Below, piece by piece: positions 19,474 to 29,351 of a DNA stretch of 64,000 bases. A program made the position numbers and the translations under genes. The notes under the pieces are model-generated. The model saw nothing but the letters and a program-made list of their open reading frames with translations. It was not told where the DNA came from and made no database searches. How positions within the stretch are numbered: position 1 is the stretch's first letter; every line of letters starts with the position of its first letter. Source of the stretch: Candidatus Poseidoniaceae archaeon (GTDB taxonomy: Archaea; Thermoplasmatota; Poseidoniia; Poseidoniales; Poseidoniaceae); contig CBFIJH010000010.1 of assembly GCA_965662895.1 (NCBI GenBank), forward strand, positions 1 to 64,000, in the 5' to 3' direction.

Positions 19474-20076
19474 TCACCTCGCATGTCCTGGGGGCATCGA
19501 CGGTTCATCTGGCCCTTCAGGATGTGGATTTGGATGCGGGTCAGTTGCAGGCGCAGGTGCAGGCGCATCACCACGTTTGATTTCTGCTGCTGCTTCAATC
19601 GAATCGAGAATCTGTTGATATCCCGTGCAACGGCAAAGATTTCCTTCGATAGCACATGCGATTTCTTCTCGGGTTGGATTTTCATTTTCATTGAGAAGCG
19701 CCTCAGCGCTCATGAGGAATCCGGGAGTGCAAAATCCACATTGTGAACCACCATGTGTTGCAAAACAGGTCTGGATTGGAGCAAGATGGGCGCCGTCGGC
19801 AAGACCTTCAACAGTTGTAATTGCTTGCCCTTCGACTTGACCAGCAAGGCAAAGACACGACAGTCTCGGTTCACCATCAATCATCACTGCACAACAGCCA
19901 CAGGTGCCCAAATCACAACCGCGTTTGACACCAAGCATTCCGACTTCGTCTCGCAACACATCAAGAAGAATTGCATTTGTTGGTGCAATGGCTTGGACCT
20001 CTTGACCGTTCACGACTGCAGACCATATGGACTTTGGAGCGGAAGGGATCATTGTGACGTGTTCTTTTCCAACCAT
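19474..20076 (-). CDS. xanthine-dehydrogenase-family 2Fe-2S subunit (HcrC/CoxS-like)
   Basis: GCDLGTCGCC...LSC, QCGFCTPG, GNLCRCTGY. Confidence 0.92.
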   Translation of the reverse strand: MVGKEHVTMIPSAPKSIWSAVVNGQEVQAIAPTNAILLDVLRDEVGMLGVKRGCDLGTCGCCAVMIDGEPRLSCLCLAGQVEGQAITTVEGLADGAHLAPIQTCFATHGGSQCGFCTPGFLMSAEALLNENENPTREEIACAIEGNLCRCTGYQQILDSIEAAAEIKRGDAPAPAPATDPHPNPHPEGPDEPSMPPGHAR

Positions 20077-20142
20077 ACAACGCACCTGTGTTAACCTTGA
20101 GAACTCCGTCTATGAATGTAAGGATTCACTCCACTGCAACGA

Positions 20143-22146
20143 TTATGCCTTTTCATCCCAGAATGGATTCTCTGACAGGTCTGAATCAACAGCATCAACA
20201 ATTTGCGCATCAAGATAGGACTTGAGGCCTTTACCAGCGAGGCTGCCTTCTTCGCGTGATGAAATGGTCGAAACCAAAAGAAGAACGACGAGGAAGAGGA
20301 GAATTCCAGCAACAGAAAAACCGACGATGGCGCCTGTGGAGAATCCGTCTTCTGACGCAGGCATCACCGGGCTCGTATCGTCACTCATCACCATGATTTC
20401 TGCAGTTACAAGTGGTGATGCTGAGGTTGTGCCATCTTGGTACTGGACGCCGCGCAGTGAAATCGTATGGTTGCCCATGATGGCAATGCCGGGCAAATGC
20501 TCGATTTGGTGAATGATGTCAATGATCGACAACTCACCTGTCGGCGATCCTGGTTCGTAGGTGTGAATGTTTGACCAATCATCGCGAAGATGATTGCTTC
20601 TCCATTGCACTGTTTCCATGTCCTCACTCACCTCAAAAGAGATGCTATCTCCACGCTCAAGATGGATTCGGTTGTCAAGCGTTGTCGGCGTTGAAATCGT
20701 TACACTAAGGTTCGAATTGAACACATAATCACGTTCTGCAGCTTCAAGAAGCGCGTCAAGTGCACGAACTTCTCCGTGTCCGTATACGTTGTTTTGTCGA
20801 TTCTTTGGAATCAAATCTTCAGCACAAGGCTCGTTGGCAGCCATGTAGTGACATTGGCGGTATGTCGCTGTTTCTTGCATAATATTGCGAATGTCAAATG
20901 GCGAGAGGTCTGGATTTGCTTGCAACATGAGCGCAGCTACGCCAGCAGCCCCGGGTGTTGCCATGCTGGTACCACTGAATGCGACATAACCATCACCGGT
21001 ATTGTGGGCCACTGACATGACGTCTGAGCCTACATAGGCGATGTTTGGTTTAATTCGACCTTCTTCTGTTGGACCTTGACTGCTGTAAATGGCAATGCTT
21101 GAGTCTTTGTCCAAAGCTCCGACTGTGATGGCATCTTCTGCGCTTCCGGGAGTACCGATTTGAGCAGAGAAAGCGCTGTTTCCTGCTGCAATGAAGAGCG
21201 CGATGCCGGCGCGAACCATCTCGTTTGCATAACGGTTCACGCTGTCCTCTTCAGAAGATGTCCATTCGATTGCACCGGGGCCTCCAAGGCTCATTGATGC
21301 AGCGCGAATGTTGAATTCGTATCGCTTCTCAACGGTCCATTCCATTCCGGCCATGACAGTGGCAAACGAACCGCTTCCACCAGAATCGAGGACCTTAACA
21401 CCAACCAACGAGGCTTGTGGAGCCATGCCAGGATGTTCGTAAGTTGGTGCACCAGTTCCTGCAGTCGTTCCAGCACAGTGCGAACCATGGCCTTGGTCAT
21501 CGTAAGGGTACACCTCGGTACCGTTGGTCAGGCTAGGATTGTTGACTGGATCGTAGAAGGCGATGACTTTCGGATCGTATGTGGCAGGATCATCATCTTG
21601 GTCGTCAAGACTGGAATGATTGCCATCGATTCCTGTGTCGATAATCGCTACTGTCGTTCCAGAACCGTCGTATCCTGTTTGAGCCCATGCGGTATCAACT
21701 CCATGAAGCACAGCAGCATCACCGTTTGCAACCGTCAAAATTCCATCAAGTTCGAGCATAACAACCCCAGGTAACTGAGAAGTTTCGAGAACATTGCCTA
21801 CCGGAACACGACCTGCAAGGGCATCAATTCCCTCAAGCGTCCATTGGTGTCGATAGTCAACATGTTCTTGCAGCATTGCAATCTCTGCATCACCAGGCGT
21901 AAACGAGAAATCGATGATGAGTGGAAGCGTCTTTTCATCATCGAGGAAGAGTGGATTCTTTTGGTGCACCTCGATCATGTCACCGATTCCGTTTCCGTCT
22001 CGGTCGACGGTCGTCTCTACCCACCAGCCTTCTTCTTCCGATTCTTCAGGGGTTGCAACAGGTACTGTGGCCAAAACTGTCGGAAGTACAAACATGGCCA
22101 GACAGAGAATTGGTAACGTCAAACGTGGCATCTTCATACGGCTCAT
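20143..22146 (-). CDS. secreted, membrane-anchored S8 subtilisin-like serine protease
   Basis: Signal peptide; IIDTG, HGSHCAG, AAGN, GTSMATP; C-terminal TM. Confidence 0.93.
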   Translation of the reverse strand: MSRMKMPRLTLPILCLAMFVLPTVLATVPVATPEESEEEGWWVETTVDRDGNGIGDMIEVHQKNPLFLDDEKTLPLIIDFSFTPGDAEIAMLQEHVDYRHQWTLEGIDALAGRVPVGNVLETSQLPGVVMLELDGILTVANGDAAVLHGVDTAWAQTGYDGSGTTVAIIDTGIDGNHSSLDDQDDDPATYDPKVIAFYDPVNNPSLTNGTEVYPYDDQGHGSHCAGTTAGTGAPTYEHPGMAPQASLVGVKVLDSGGSGSFATVMAGMEWTVEKRYEFNIRAASMSLGGPGAIEWTSSEEDSVNRYANEMVRAGIALFIAAGNSAFSAQIGTPGSAEDAITVGALDKDSSIAIYSSQGPTEEGRIKPNIAYVGSDVMSVAHNTGDGYVAFSGTSMATPGAAGVAALMLQANPDLSPFDIRNIMQETATYRQCHYMAANEPCAEDLIPKNRQNNVYGHGEVRALDALLEAAERDYVFNSNLSVTISTPTTLDNRIHLERGDSISFEVSEDMETVQWRSNHLRDDWSNIHTYEPGSPTGELSIIDIIHQIEHLPGIAIMGNHTISLRGVQYQDGTTSASPLVTAEIMVMSDDTSPVMPASEDGFSTGAIVGFSVAGILLFLVVLLLVSTISSREEGSLAGKGLKSYLDAQIVDAVDSDLSENPFWDEKA

Positions 22147-22251
22147 GTTTAGGCCAAGAATTCCTAAGGTTTGAACTCTTTCAATCCGAGTGTTAAAAAT
22201 TCAATCTGAAATGCTACTTGGGGTATTAATGCTGGGTGTTGTTTTATATCC

Positions 22252-25200
22252 TTGACCTCGGATGTCTTGCCGATTCAAATGCCGGCACCACAGAGGAAAC
22301 CCCAGCAAATGGTCTCAATAGCAAACGACGCTATTTTTGCCAGTGAAGAGGAAGAAATACCGTTCAAGCCCGTCATCGTCCGGGCTCCAGGCGATACGAA
22401 AGGCGATTCACTCGAACGATTTACTGAAATCATCATGTTTGGCGTTGCAATGCTTGCAATATGGACAGGACTTTTGGGAATCGCATTCAGTGAGAATGTG
22501 GGTGAAGAAAAATTCATGATTCTCTTCATTGGAGGTTTTGCCTCCTCCGCTATTGCTCTGTTTATGGTCGAGTTGCAAGCAAAGAAGAACGAGTATCGAC
22601 TCATGATTTCTCAAAATTATCTCTTGGGTGTTTCGTTCTTCTTTATGGCAGTTGGAACACTTTGGGGCCTTCGATTCTTGGGAGGATATTTTACCCTACA
22701 AGGGTTTGAATTCGATGGAAGTGAATTTACCTTCCTCGGTGATGTTGGTTTCGATGATGCAGAAAACGAGATGTTCCTTGCCGGCCCGAATATGATTTAC
22801 GTTCAGGCACTGGGAGCTGCGGCGATGTGGTTCGTGCATCGACGAATCCTTGATCGATACAAAGGTGACACGTCTTTTGGTTGGGCAGTGGCAAGTTACA
22901 TCCCACTCGGATTGTTGCTCGTTGGTGTTGGCACTTGGATTGATTGGGCCAATAACGAAGTTTCCTACCCGCTTGGGATATCGATTGTCGGTTTGTGCGG
23001 TCTTGCGATGTACAGCGCATTGATGTCGAATAAATCCATCAATTTCGCAGTCGTTAGCGTCGTTTCAGGATTTATTCCCATCCTCTATGAAATCCTCAAC
23101 GAAAACGCACCTCCTGGCGGCGAAGGTGGCGCAGTTTCGCTGCTTGTTTTCATTATCATCATTCAAGGATATCTTGCAGGAAATGAACGTTTGAAGCAAA
23201 CACTGGCTGAGAAAATGTCCTTCTTCATGATTGGAGCTGTTGTCATTGCAATGCTCATCGCGAGCATTCAAAATTGGAATCTTATCCTTGGCCCATTCAA
23301 ACCAAACGAACTTGGAAGCGATGGTTTGGCGTCGTTGGTCACCCTCCCGGTTGCGCTTTGGATTACCGTCTTGTGCGCCTATTTCCCCGCAACGCACAGA
23401 AACAGGGTTCCTGCAATGCCAATTGGACTGGCGTTCTCGTTGTGGACACTCAATGGCGATGAAGCAATTCTTCCTTGGGTCATCTCCATGGTTATGATAT
23501 CGTACATGCTCTTTTTTGCCGAAGCAACCCGAAAATGGGTTGCAAACTTTACCATGTCTGCTCTGGCCTTCTCTTACCTTTTCAGCGACCAGATCGGATA
23601 CGGTGTTGACCAAGTCGAGATGGATGCTGCGATTGCAATAGGCATCGTCATTATCGCCGAAACGGCTCGGCGACTCGAAAAAGTATCAATTTGGAGCAGT
23701 GTACAAACCGTCACATTCATCGCACTCAGCAGCACAATTCTCGATTCGCCGTATTGGTTTGTTACCTGGCTGTTCGTGATTTACCTTCTCGGCATGGTCT
23801 ACGAGTCAATGCTCAGGGCTCGAAAAGGAGACGATATGGAAAAGCGTAATGCCACGCTTGCACTTCTCACGTCCCTGATTGTAAGCTCAGGACTGTTGTT
23901 GGCCAAGAAACTCGAAATTCCAGATGCGTACCAAATTGCTGGATTGAATGGCCTCTCTCTGGAATACCTGGTCCTCGGCGTGATTGTATATGCAATCTTC
24001 AACACTGTTCGCGATGTCGAAGTCGACATCGGTCGATTGTTATCGCTTCTTGAAACGAAGGCTTCAGGAGCATACACCTACGATTCTGAGACAAATGCAT
24101 GGTACATCAAAGAGAAGCACGTCAAAGAAAAGGATGAAGTGGCAGCGACTGAAGAGGGTTCATTCGGATCGATTGGCCGTATTTCACTTGCATTTTCGCT
24201 GTTGGCAGTAACAATTGGTATCAGCACACTCGATTCCTCCTTGCTGGAAGGTGACACATTCTATCTCGTCGGGTTGTACATTATACCAATCGGTATCCTG
24301 TTTTGGGAAATCAATTCGATGGACGTCCTTTCCTCGCAAAGCCGGATGGTCGGGGCGTTTATGTTGCTCATTGTTGCTGCCTCATCGATGCCAATGATGC
24401 TCCAAGTTGATCCCTCAGATGGGTTGTTTCGGGCAGGTATTTTGTATGACCTCATTTTCTTGTCAGCCCCGATTGGAGCCTTCGTCCTGATCAACAAACG
24501 AGGACTTGACAGAGATCATCTCAGCCGCCCCGCCGATCAGGTCATGCTTTGCGTCCTTTTGGTCATCGGAATGATGGACCAATCCGGCGGTTTACTCTTC
24601 CTCAGCATGTACGGTCTTGTTGCCTTAGTGGCGCTCCAATACCGACATCATGGCGTGACGATGCTGGCACCAATAGCGACCATCTCGATGCATTGGCTAG
24701 GAGACCACGGCCTCGTATATTCTTTCTTGGATTCGTTCATTTTCTCAAATCCGGATCACATTTCAGAGATTCGAGTCCTTTGGTTTACGCGTGTTACTGG
24801 GATGCTTGTTGCTGCACACATGTTGATGCCAATGGCATGGAGCATTCTTGACCTTCAAAAGGACGAATATGTGGAAAACCCATTCCCTTGGTTCTTACCC
24901 ATGGTCTGGTTCTTGTTTGCAGTGTGGGCTGTTCTCCCAACTGCATCATGGTTGCCTCTCGTCGCATGTATCTTTGGCCTCCTGAACTCTTGGGTTCGTG
25001 GCGACATTAATCTTGTACCACTGCTGTCAGTTGGAATCATTTTCTCGTTCATGATTGGATTTACAGATGGAGGATACTTCACTGGAGAAATCTTTGGCTA
25101 TTCCATGCTCTTCTCTGGCATCATCATTTACCTGCTTTGGTTCGCGAATTCCCGTGGAATAATGGAAATGAACGTCGTTGACAAAGCTCGATTGGATGCA

Positions 25201-26280
25201 CTCATGCCTTACTCTCTCGATACGCAATTGCGTTTCCTTACGATTGCCACGCTTCTCCTTTCTTTCGATGTCGTCAACGGCATGGGTATGCTGGCAGGAA
25301 GCGGCTGGGCAACGTATGAAGCCATTCAGAAAGGCGACAAGATATCCATTCTCTTCCTACCACTCATCGACGGTCTGACAGCTGCGAATCTGATCAATCA
25401 GTTTGAAATCGGCTCCGAGTCGATGCAGAGTTTCCTCATCGGTGGAATCTTCTTCATTGAAGGTGCTGTCATGATCTATCTCTCTTCGAGAACTGACAGC
25501 ATCTATGATTCAGAGATCTTCGAATGGAAGGACGATGATGAATTCTTCAACTTCATTGAGTACATGGGATTCTCGGGCGTTGCGTCGGCATTGACGGGTG
25601 TCATTTACGCCTTTGGAGAGGACCAAACAAACCTTGCATTCTTCCTTACAGCATTGATTCTTACAGGACTCGCCATCACTGGTTTTGATAAATCACAAGC
25701 AGAAGTACGCTGGCGTCGAGGACTCGGCGTGTTTGGTTCAGTCCTCACATTGTTCATGCTGTTTTTGAGATTGGATGAGAACTCCGATGATGTATTGTTC
25801 AAGTACCTCACACTTGTTATCATCGGCTTGCTTGCGCTTGGATATGGTTTCCTTTACATGCAGCGAAGGTCAACTTACGACGTGCGAGATGTTGCCATTC
25901 CACAAGTCTTTGGTAATGTTGTTCCGAAAGCTCAACGCCAATCCTCTCCAAAACAGTCGAAAGATGAGGAAGAAGAGGTTGTTGAAGAGGAAGAAGAGGT
26001 TGTTGAAGAAGAAAACAACATGACTGTTGAAGAAAAGGAAATCCTCGAATTGGATGAAGCATTCGAAGACGAATTGGATGAAATTATCGAGCCAATTGGT
26101 AATGCAACCACGGAAAACATTGGTTACATCGAGACCATGGAAGGATTCGATGTCCGTCTACCAAAGGAATCGATCGAACAAATCACTCGAACCATTGCAA
26201 TGACACCTCATGAAGGGTTCAAACCGGTTGTTCGAGTCAACATGCTCGGACAAATCGTTCTCGACTTTGAACCAATTTGA
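22252..26280 (+). CDS. very large polytopic membrane protein of unknown function
   Basis: 1342-aa ORF with roughly 30 or more hydrophobic segments and an acidic C-terminal tail; start codon uncertain. Confidence 0.75.
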   Translation: MTSDVLPIQMPAPQRKPQQMVSIANDAIFASEEEEIPFKPVIVRAPGDTKGDSLERFTEIIMFGVAMLAIWTGLLGIAFSENVGEEKFMILFIGGFASSAIALFMVELQAKKNEYRLMISQNYLLGVSFFFMAVGTLWGLRFLGGYFTLQGFEFDGSEFTFLGDVGFDDAENEMFLAGPNMIYVQALGAAAMWFVHRRILDRYKGDTSFGWAVASYIPLGLLLVGVGTWIDWANNEVSYPLGISIVGLCGLAMYSALMSNKSINFAVVSVVSGFIPILYEILNENAPPGGEGGAVSLLVFIIIIQGYLAGNERLKQTLAEKMSFFMIGAVVIAMLIASIQNWNLILGPFKPNELGSDGLASLVTLPVALWITVLCAYFPATHRNRVPAMPIGLAFSLWTLNGDEAILPWVISMVMISYMLFFAEATRKWVANFTMSALAFSYLFSDQIGYGVDQVEMDAAIAIGIVIIAETARRLEKVSIWSSVQTVTFIALSSTILDSPYWFVTWLFVIYLLGMVYESMLRARKGDDMEKRNATLALLTSLIVSSGLLLAKKLEIPDAYQIAGLNGLSLEYLVLGVIVYAIFNTVRDVEVDIGRLLSLLETKASGAYTYDSETNAWYIKEKHVKEKDEVAATEEGSFGSIGRISLAFSLLAVTIGISTLDSSLLEGDTFYLVGLYIIPIGILFWEINSMDVLSSQSRMVGAFMLLIVAASSMPMMLQVDPSDGLFRAGILYDLIFLSAPIGAFVLINKRGLDRDHLSRPADQVMLCVLLVIGMMDQSGGLLFLSMYGLVALVALQYRHHGVTMLAPIATISMHWLGDHGLVYSFLDSFIFSNPDHISEIRVLWFTRVTGMLVAAHMLMPMAWSILDLQKDEYVENPFPWFLPMVWFLFAVWAVLPTASWLPLVACIFGLLNSWVRGDINLVPLLSVGIIFSFMIGFTDGGYFTGEIFGYSMLFSGIIIYLLWFANSRGIMEMNVVDKARLDALMPYSLDTQLRFLTIATLLLSFDVVNGMGMLAGSGWATYEAIQKGDKISILFLPLIDGLTAANLINQFEIGSESMQSFLIGGIFFIEGAVMIYLSSRTDSIYDSEIFEWKDDDEFFNFIEYMGFSGVASALTGVIYAFGEDQTNLAFFLTALILTGLAITGFDKSQAEVRWRRGLGVFGSVLTLFMLFLRLDENSDDVLFKYLTLVIIGLLALGYGFLYMQRRSTYDVRDVAIPQVFGNVVPKAQRQSSPKQSKDEEEEVVEEEEEVVEEENNMTVEEKEILELDEAFEDELDEIIEPIGNATTENIGYIETMEGFDVRLPKESIEQITRTIAMTPHEGFKPVVRVNMLGQIVLDFEPI

Positions 26281-27657
26281 TTATTCATCCTTGAAGATTG
26301 CAATGCGATCTGAGACAAGAGTCTCAACGGTTGCAGTAGGGTAGAGACCCCAGTAGGCTTCACGGGCTTCTTGATTGATGTTCATGCAAAGAACAACATC
26401 ACCGGGCCGGTCATCCATCGCTTGTGTTCCGTTAAGATGCATGAGCATTGGTTCAATGTTGGACATGTTGACAACACCCCAACCCACCTGAGTGCATGGA
26501 GCAACAGGTGAAACTGGCGTGGTTCCAGACAGGGGATCCCACGTTGCAAACGAAGGATACCATGCAGACAAATTCAATGCATTACGAACCTCTGCGTTTC
26601 GAATGGTGAAGGATTCACCATCACTCGTCGTTCCGTTAACGAGATAACCGCCTCGTTCTGTCGAAGCACCAGAACTGACATCATTGAATTCTTCTCGAAG
26701 TTCTTGAAGAATGAAGGAGAGAATACCAGCGGTTCGAGGCGTTGCAAAGGACGTCCCTGACGTCTCGTGGTAACCGTCTGTATCGTCATGATTTGGCAAC
26801 ACTTGTGTCCAATCGGCTGCAATATCTGGATAGGAACCACTCATGGTCTCTTTCTGGTCGTCGCCTTCCTCAGCGTATCCTGCAATACCAATGGACCATG
26901 GTGGACCCGCAGTTGCATCTTGAACGGCCGGTGAAGGTGTGTTATCAGCGGCACCAGTGTGAATCTTGTTGTTGCCCACAACTGCTTCGTATGTCCCTGT
27001 CTCAATTCCTGGTACTGGAAGCGAACCAATCGCACCAAACGACGTGGAAATGATGTCAACAAGGGGTTGATTCGAAGCGGCCAGAACGGCTTCGGTTGAG
27101 AAACCTTCAACAAAGAAAATGACTGCATCTGGGTTTGCGTCCAAAACTGCACCCGTAACCGCCGTTCCGTGTCCATCTGAAGGGTCGTCAAGAATGTGGA
27201 TATCCGTGCCTCCATCAGGCGATGTTCCAATGATTTTCGTTCCGTAAAAGTACACAATATCGGATGTCGTGATGTTATCCCAACAGTATTCTTTATCGGC
27301 TTGATATCGCTCTTCCCATGAACCTTCGAGCGTGATGTAGCACGTTTTGGTCACACCAAGCGATTCAAGCAACCAGTTTGGATAGACCTCGTCGGTACGG
27401 AAATGATCGTGATAAACGTTGATACCCGTATCAACAGGTGCTACAACAGAGTAGTGCCTCCAATCCGTATCTAAGTTAGCCTCTCCACTTCTGCTTTGGG
27501 TTTCATCCGCATCATCCCATGTCATTTGCCAGTAAACCAATGAGCCCGCAAGACCGAGAAGAATGACAACGAGTAACGTACGTATTTTAGCAAAGAAAAC
27601 CCAGAAGTCAAACACTTCAACACCGACATCAAGTAGGACATCAGCAGCATCGACCAT
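26281..27657 (-). CDS. membrane-anchored S8 family peptidase
   Basis: N-terminal TM; PVDTG, GHGTAV, AADN, GTSFATP catalytic motifs. Confidence 0.8.
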   Translation of the reverse strand: MVDAADVLLDVGVEVFDFWVFFAKIRTLLVVILLGLAGSLVYWQMTWDDADETQSRSGEANLDTDWRHYSVVAPVDTGINVYHDHFRTDEVYPNWLLESLGVTKTCYITLEGSWEERYQADKEYCWDNITTSDIVYFYGTKIIGTSPDGGTDIHILDDPSDGHGTAVTGAVLDANPDAVIFFVEGFSTEAVLAASNQPLVDIISTSFGAIGSLPVPGIETGTYEAVVGNNKIHTGAADNTPSPAVQDATAGPPWSIGIAGYAEEGDDQKETMSGSYPDIAADWTQVLPNHDDTDGYHETSGTSFATPRTAGILSFILQELREEFNDVSSGASTERGGYLVNGTTSDGESFTIRNAEVRNALNLSAWYPSFATWDPLSGTTPVSPVAPCTQVGWGVVNMSNIEPMLMHLNGTQAMDDRPGDVVLCMNINQEAREAYWGLYPTATVETLVSDRIAIFKDE

Positions 27658-27727
27658 GCCAAAGCCTGTGACATCACCATCAAGAAGCCTACGCCGACTT
27701 CAAGAACCGAATTCTCTTCGCAAAAGC

Positions 27728-28276
27728 ATGGACGACCCCAACAAACGAATGGTATGGATTGACCTTGAAATGACTGGTTTGGATTTGGAACGTGAAAGCA
27801 TTATTGAAATTGCGACAATCATTACCGATTCTGAACTCAACATCATTGTAGAAGGACCAAATCTTGCGATTTCAGTGTCTGAGGAACTCATTGAAGGGAT
27901 GGATGAGTGGAATACGCGACATCATTTTGGAAGTGGATTAATCGATCGAGTTCGGAACAATTCCGTCAGTTTGGAAGAGGCTGAGCGCCAAACACTTGAG
28001 TTCATCCAGCAATATGTTCCAAGAAGAACCGCACCACTTTGTGGCAACTCAGTATGGAACGACCGCCAATTTCTCGCTAAAGAGATGCCCAAGGTAGCGG
28101 ATTACTTGCATTATCGCATGGTTGATGTCTCAACCATCAAGGAACTGGCTCGACGTTGGTATCCAGAGCTACCCAAGTTTGAGAAAAAAGGGGCGCATCT
28201 TGCTCTCGATGATATCCGAGAATCTGTGTTTGAACTCGTTCACTTCCGAGAACATCTGTTCATCGACCGTCCGTGA
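27728..28276 (+). CDS. orn: oligoribonuclease
   Basis: MVWIDLEMTGLD, IIEIAT, MDEWNTRHH, PLCGNSV, HYRMVDVSTIKELARRWYP, HLALDDIRES. Confidence 0.95.
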   Translation: MDDPNKRMVWIDLEMTGLDLERESIIEIATIITDSELNIIVEGPNLAISVSEELIEGMDEWNTRHHFGSGLIDRVRNNSVSLEEAERQTLEFIQQYVPRRTAPLCGNSVWNDRQFLAKEMPKVADYLHYRMVDVSTIKELARRWYPELPKFEKKGAHLALDDIRESVFELVHFREHLFIDRP

Positions 28277-29342
28277 CGAAATCTCTCCACCGACGCATGT
28301 AGTCAATAAACGTCGGGCTCAAATCGGCTTGTTGCAATTCCTTTGGCGTGAATGGTGGTCGAGAAGGACTGTATGTTGGATTGCTGACCATGGAAGCCCA
28401 ATCCGGATGAGGCAGTGCAACTCGAGCAACGCCGACTGCTTGAGCCCCTTGATCGAGTACGAACTGAGCATCTTCAGCAGTCCATACTGAACCCGTCGAT
28501 ACGATCGGAATGGATTCGGAATAGATGGAACAAAGTTCCTTCGTAATGGTTTGATTGTTGTCTTGTTTCTCAAAGACATCCCAGCACGAGATGTGGAGTG
28601 CATCGATCTTCTCCTTGATGAGCAGATCAATGACCTGCTTCGTATCTTCCATGGTGATTCCTATTTCATCGGAAACTGGTGAAAGACGAACCATGATGGC
28701 AAATTCATCCCTAACAACATCCCGAATACCGCGAATAATGCGAAGAAGAAAGGTGCAACGTTGTTCAACATCGCCTCCAAATGCATCTTGGCGTCGATTG
28801 GTCTTTGAACCAAGGAATTGAGCGATAAGGTATCCATGAGCACCATGAAGTTCGACGCCATCAAATCCTGCTTCTTCACAACGTTTTGCTGCCTGGACAA
28901 AGGCGTTGATTGTCTCCTCAACCTCGCTCAATTCAAGGCTTCTCGAAAACCCCTCATGCTCAGAAATAAAATTCTCACTTGCGGAACAGGCTCGATGCCC
29001 AGTTATCGATGAAGGGGCACGCATTCCACCATGGAAGACTTGAACGAACGATTTGCATGGATGTTCTTTCAACTGAGATGCAAGTAGAGTCAACCTTGGA
29101 AGATGGTGGTCGCTCCACACTCCGAACTCCCCTTCCCATCCTTGACCTGATTCTTGGACGTGCGATGCCGCCGTTGTAATGATGCCAAATCCTCCCTCAG
29201 CACGGCGTGTGAGGAAACGGATTTCTTCGTTTGAAAGTGTTCCATCAGCATGACTTTGTTTGTTGGTCATCGCAGCAAGAACACTACGATTAGGAATCAT
29301 CAAACCGTTTCGCAGTTTCCATGATTCGTCCATTGCAACCAT
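28260..29342 (-). CDS. NADH:flavin oxidoreductase (old yellow enzyme family)
   Basis: LAAMT, RRAEGGFG, AGFDGVELHGAHGYLIAQFL, NRRQDAFGG. Confidence 0.92.
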   Translation of the reverse strand: MVAMDESWKLRNGLMIPNRSVLAAMTNKQSHADGTLSNEEIRFLTRRAEGGFGIITTAASHVQESGQGWEGEFGVWSDHHLPRLTLLASQLKEHPCKSFVQVFHGGMRAPSSITGHRACSASENFISEHEGFSRSLELSEVEETINAFVQAAKRCEEAGFDGVELHGAHGYLIAQFLGSKTNRRQDAFGGDVEQRCTFLLRIIRGIRDVVRDEFAIMVRLSPVSDEIGITMEDTKQVIDLLIKEKIDALHISCWDVFEKQDNNQTITKELCSIYSESIPIVSTGSVWTAEDAQFVLDQGAQAVGVARVALPHPDWASMVSNPTYSPSRPPFTPKELQQADLSPTFIDYMRRWRDFVTDGR

Positions 29343-29351
29343 ACAATGACC

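Noticed and set aside
19470-19691. N-terminal extensions in the ORF track for the HcrA-like gene (also ribB, PhnC-like, moeB, trxB and orn)
   Set aside because: They overlap neighbouring genes or promoters; downstream starts have SD or promoter support and match where family homology begins.
16665-20076. Aerobic CO dehydrogenase (coxSLM)
   Set aside because: The large subunit lacks AYxCSFR/AYRGAGR and has AMRGHG instead, and the FAD subunit has the HcrB-type insert.
22149-22167. TTAGG-N9-CCTAA before the subtilase, resembling a 19-bp DtxR/IdeR box
   Set aside because: Only 5-bp arms, a non-matching core, and spacing different from the 49380-49430 boxes; plausibly chance.
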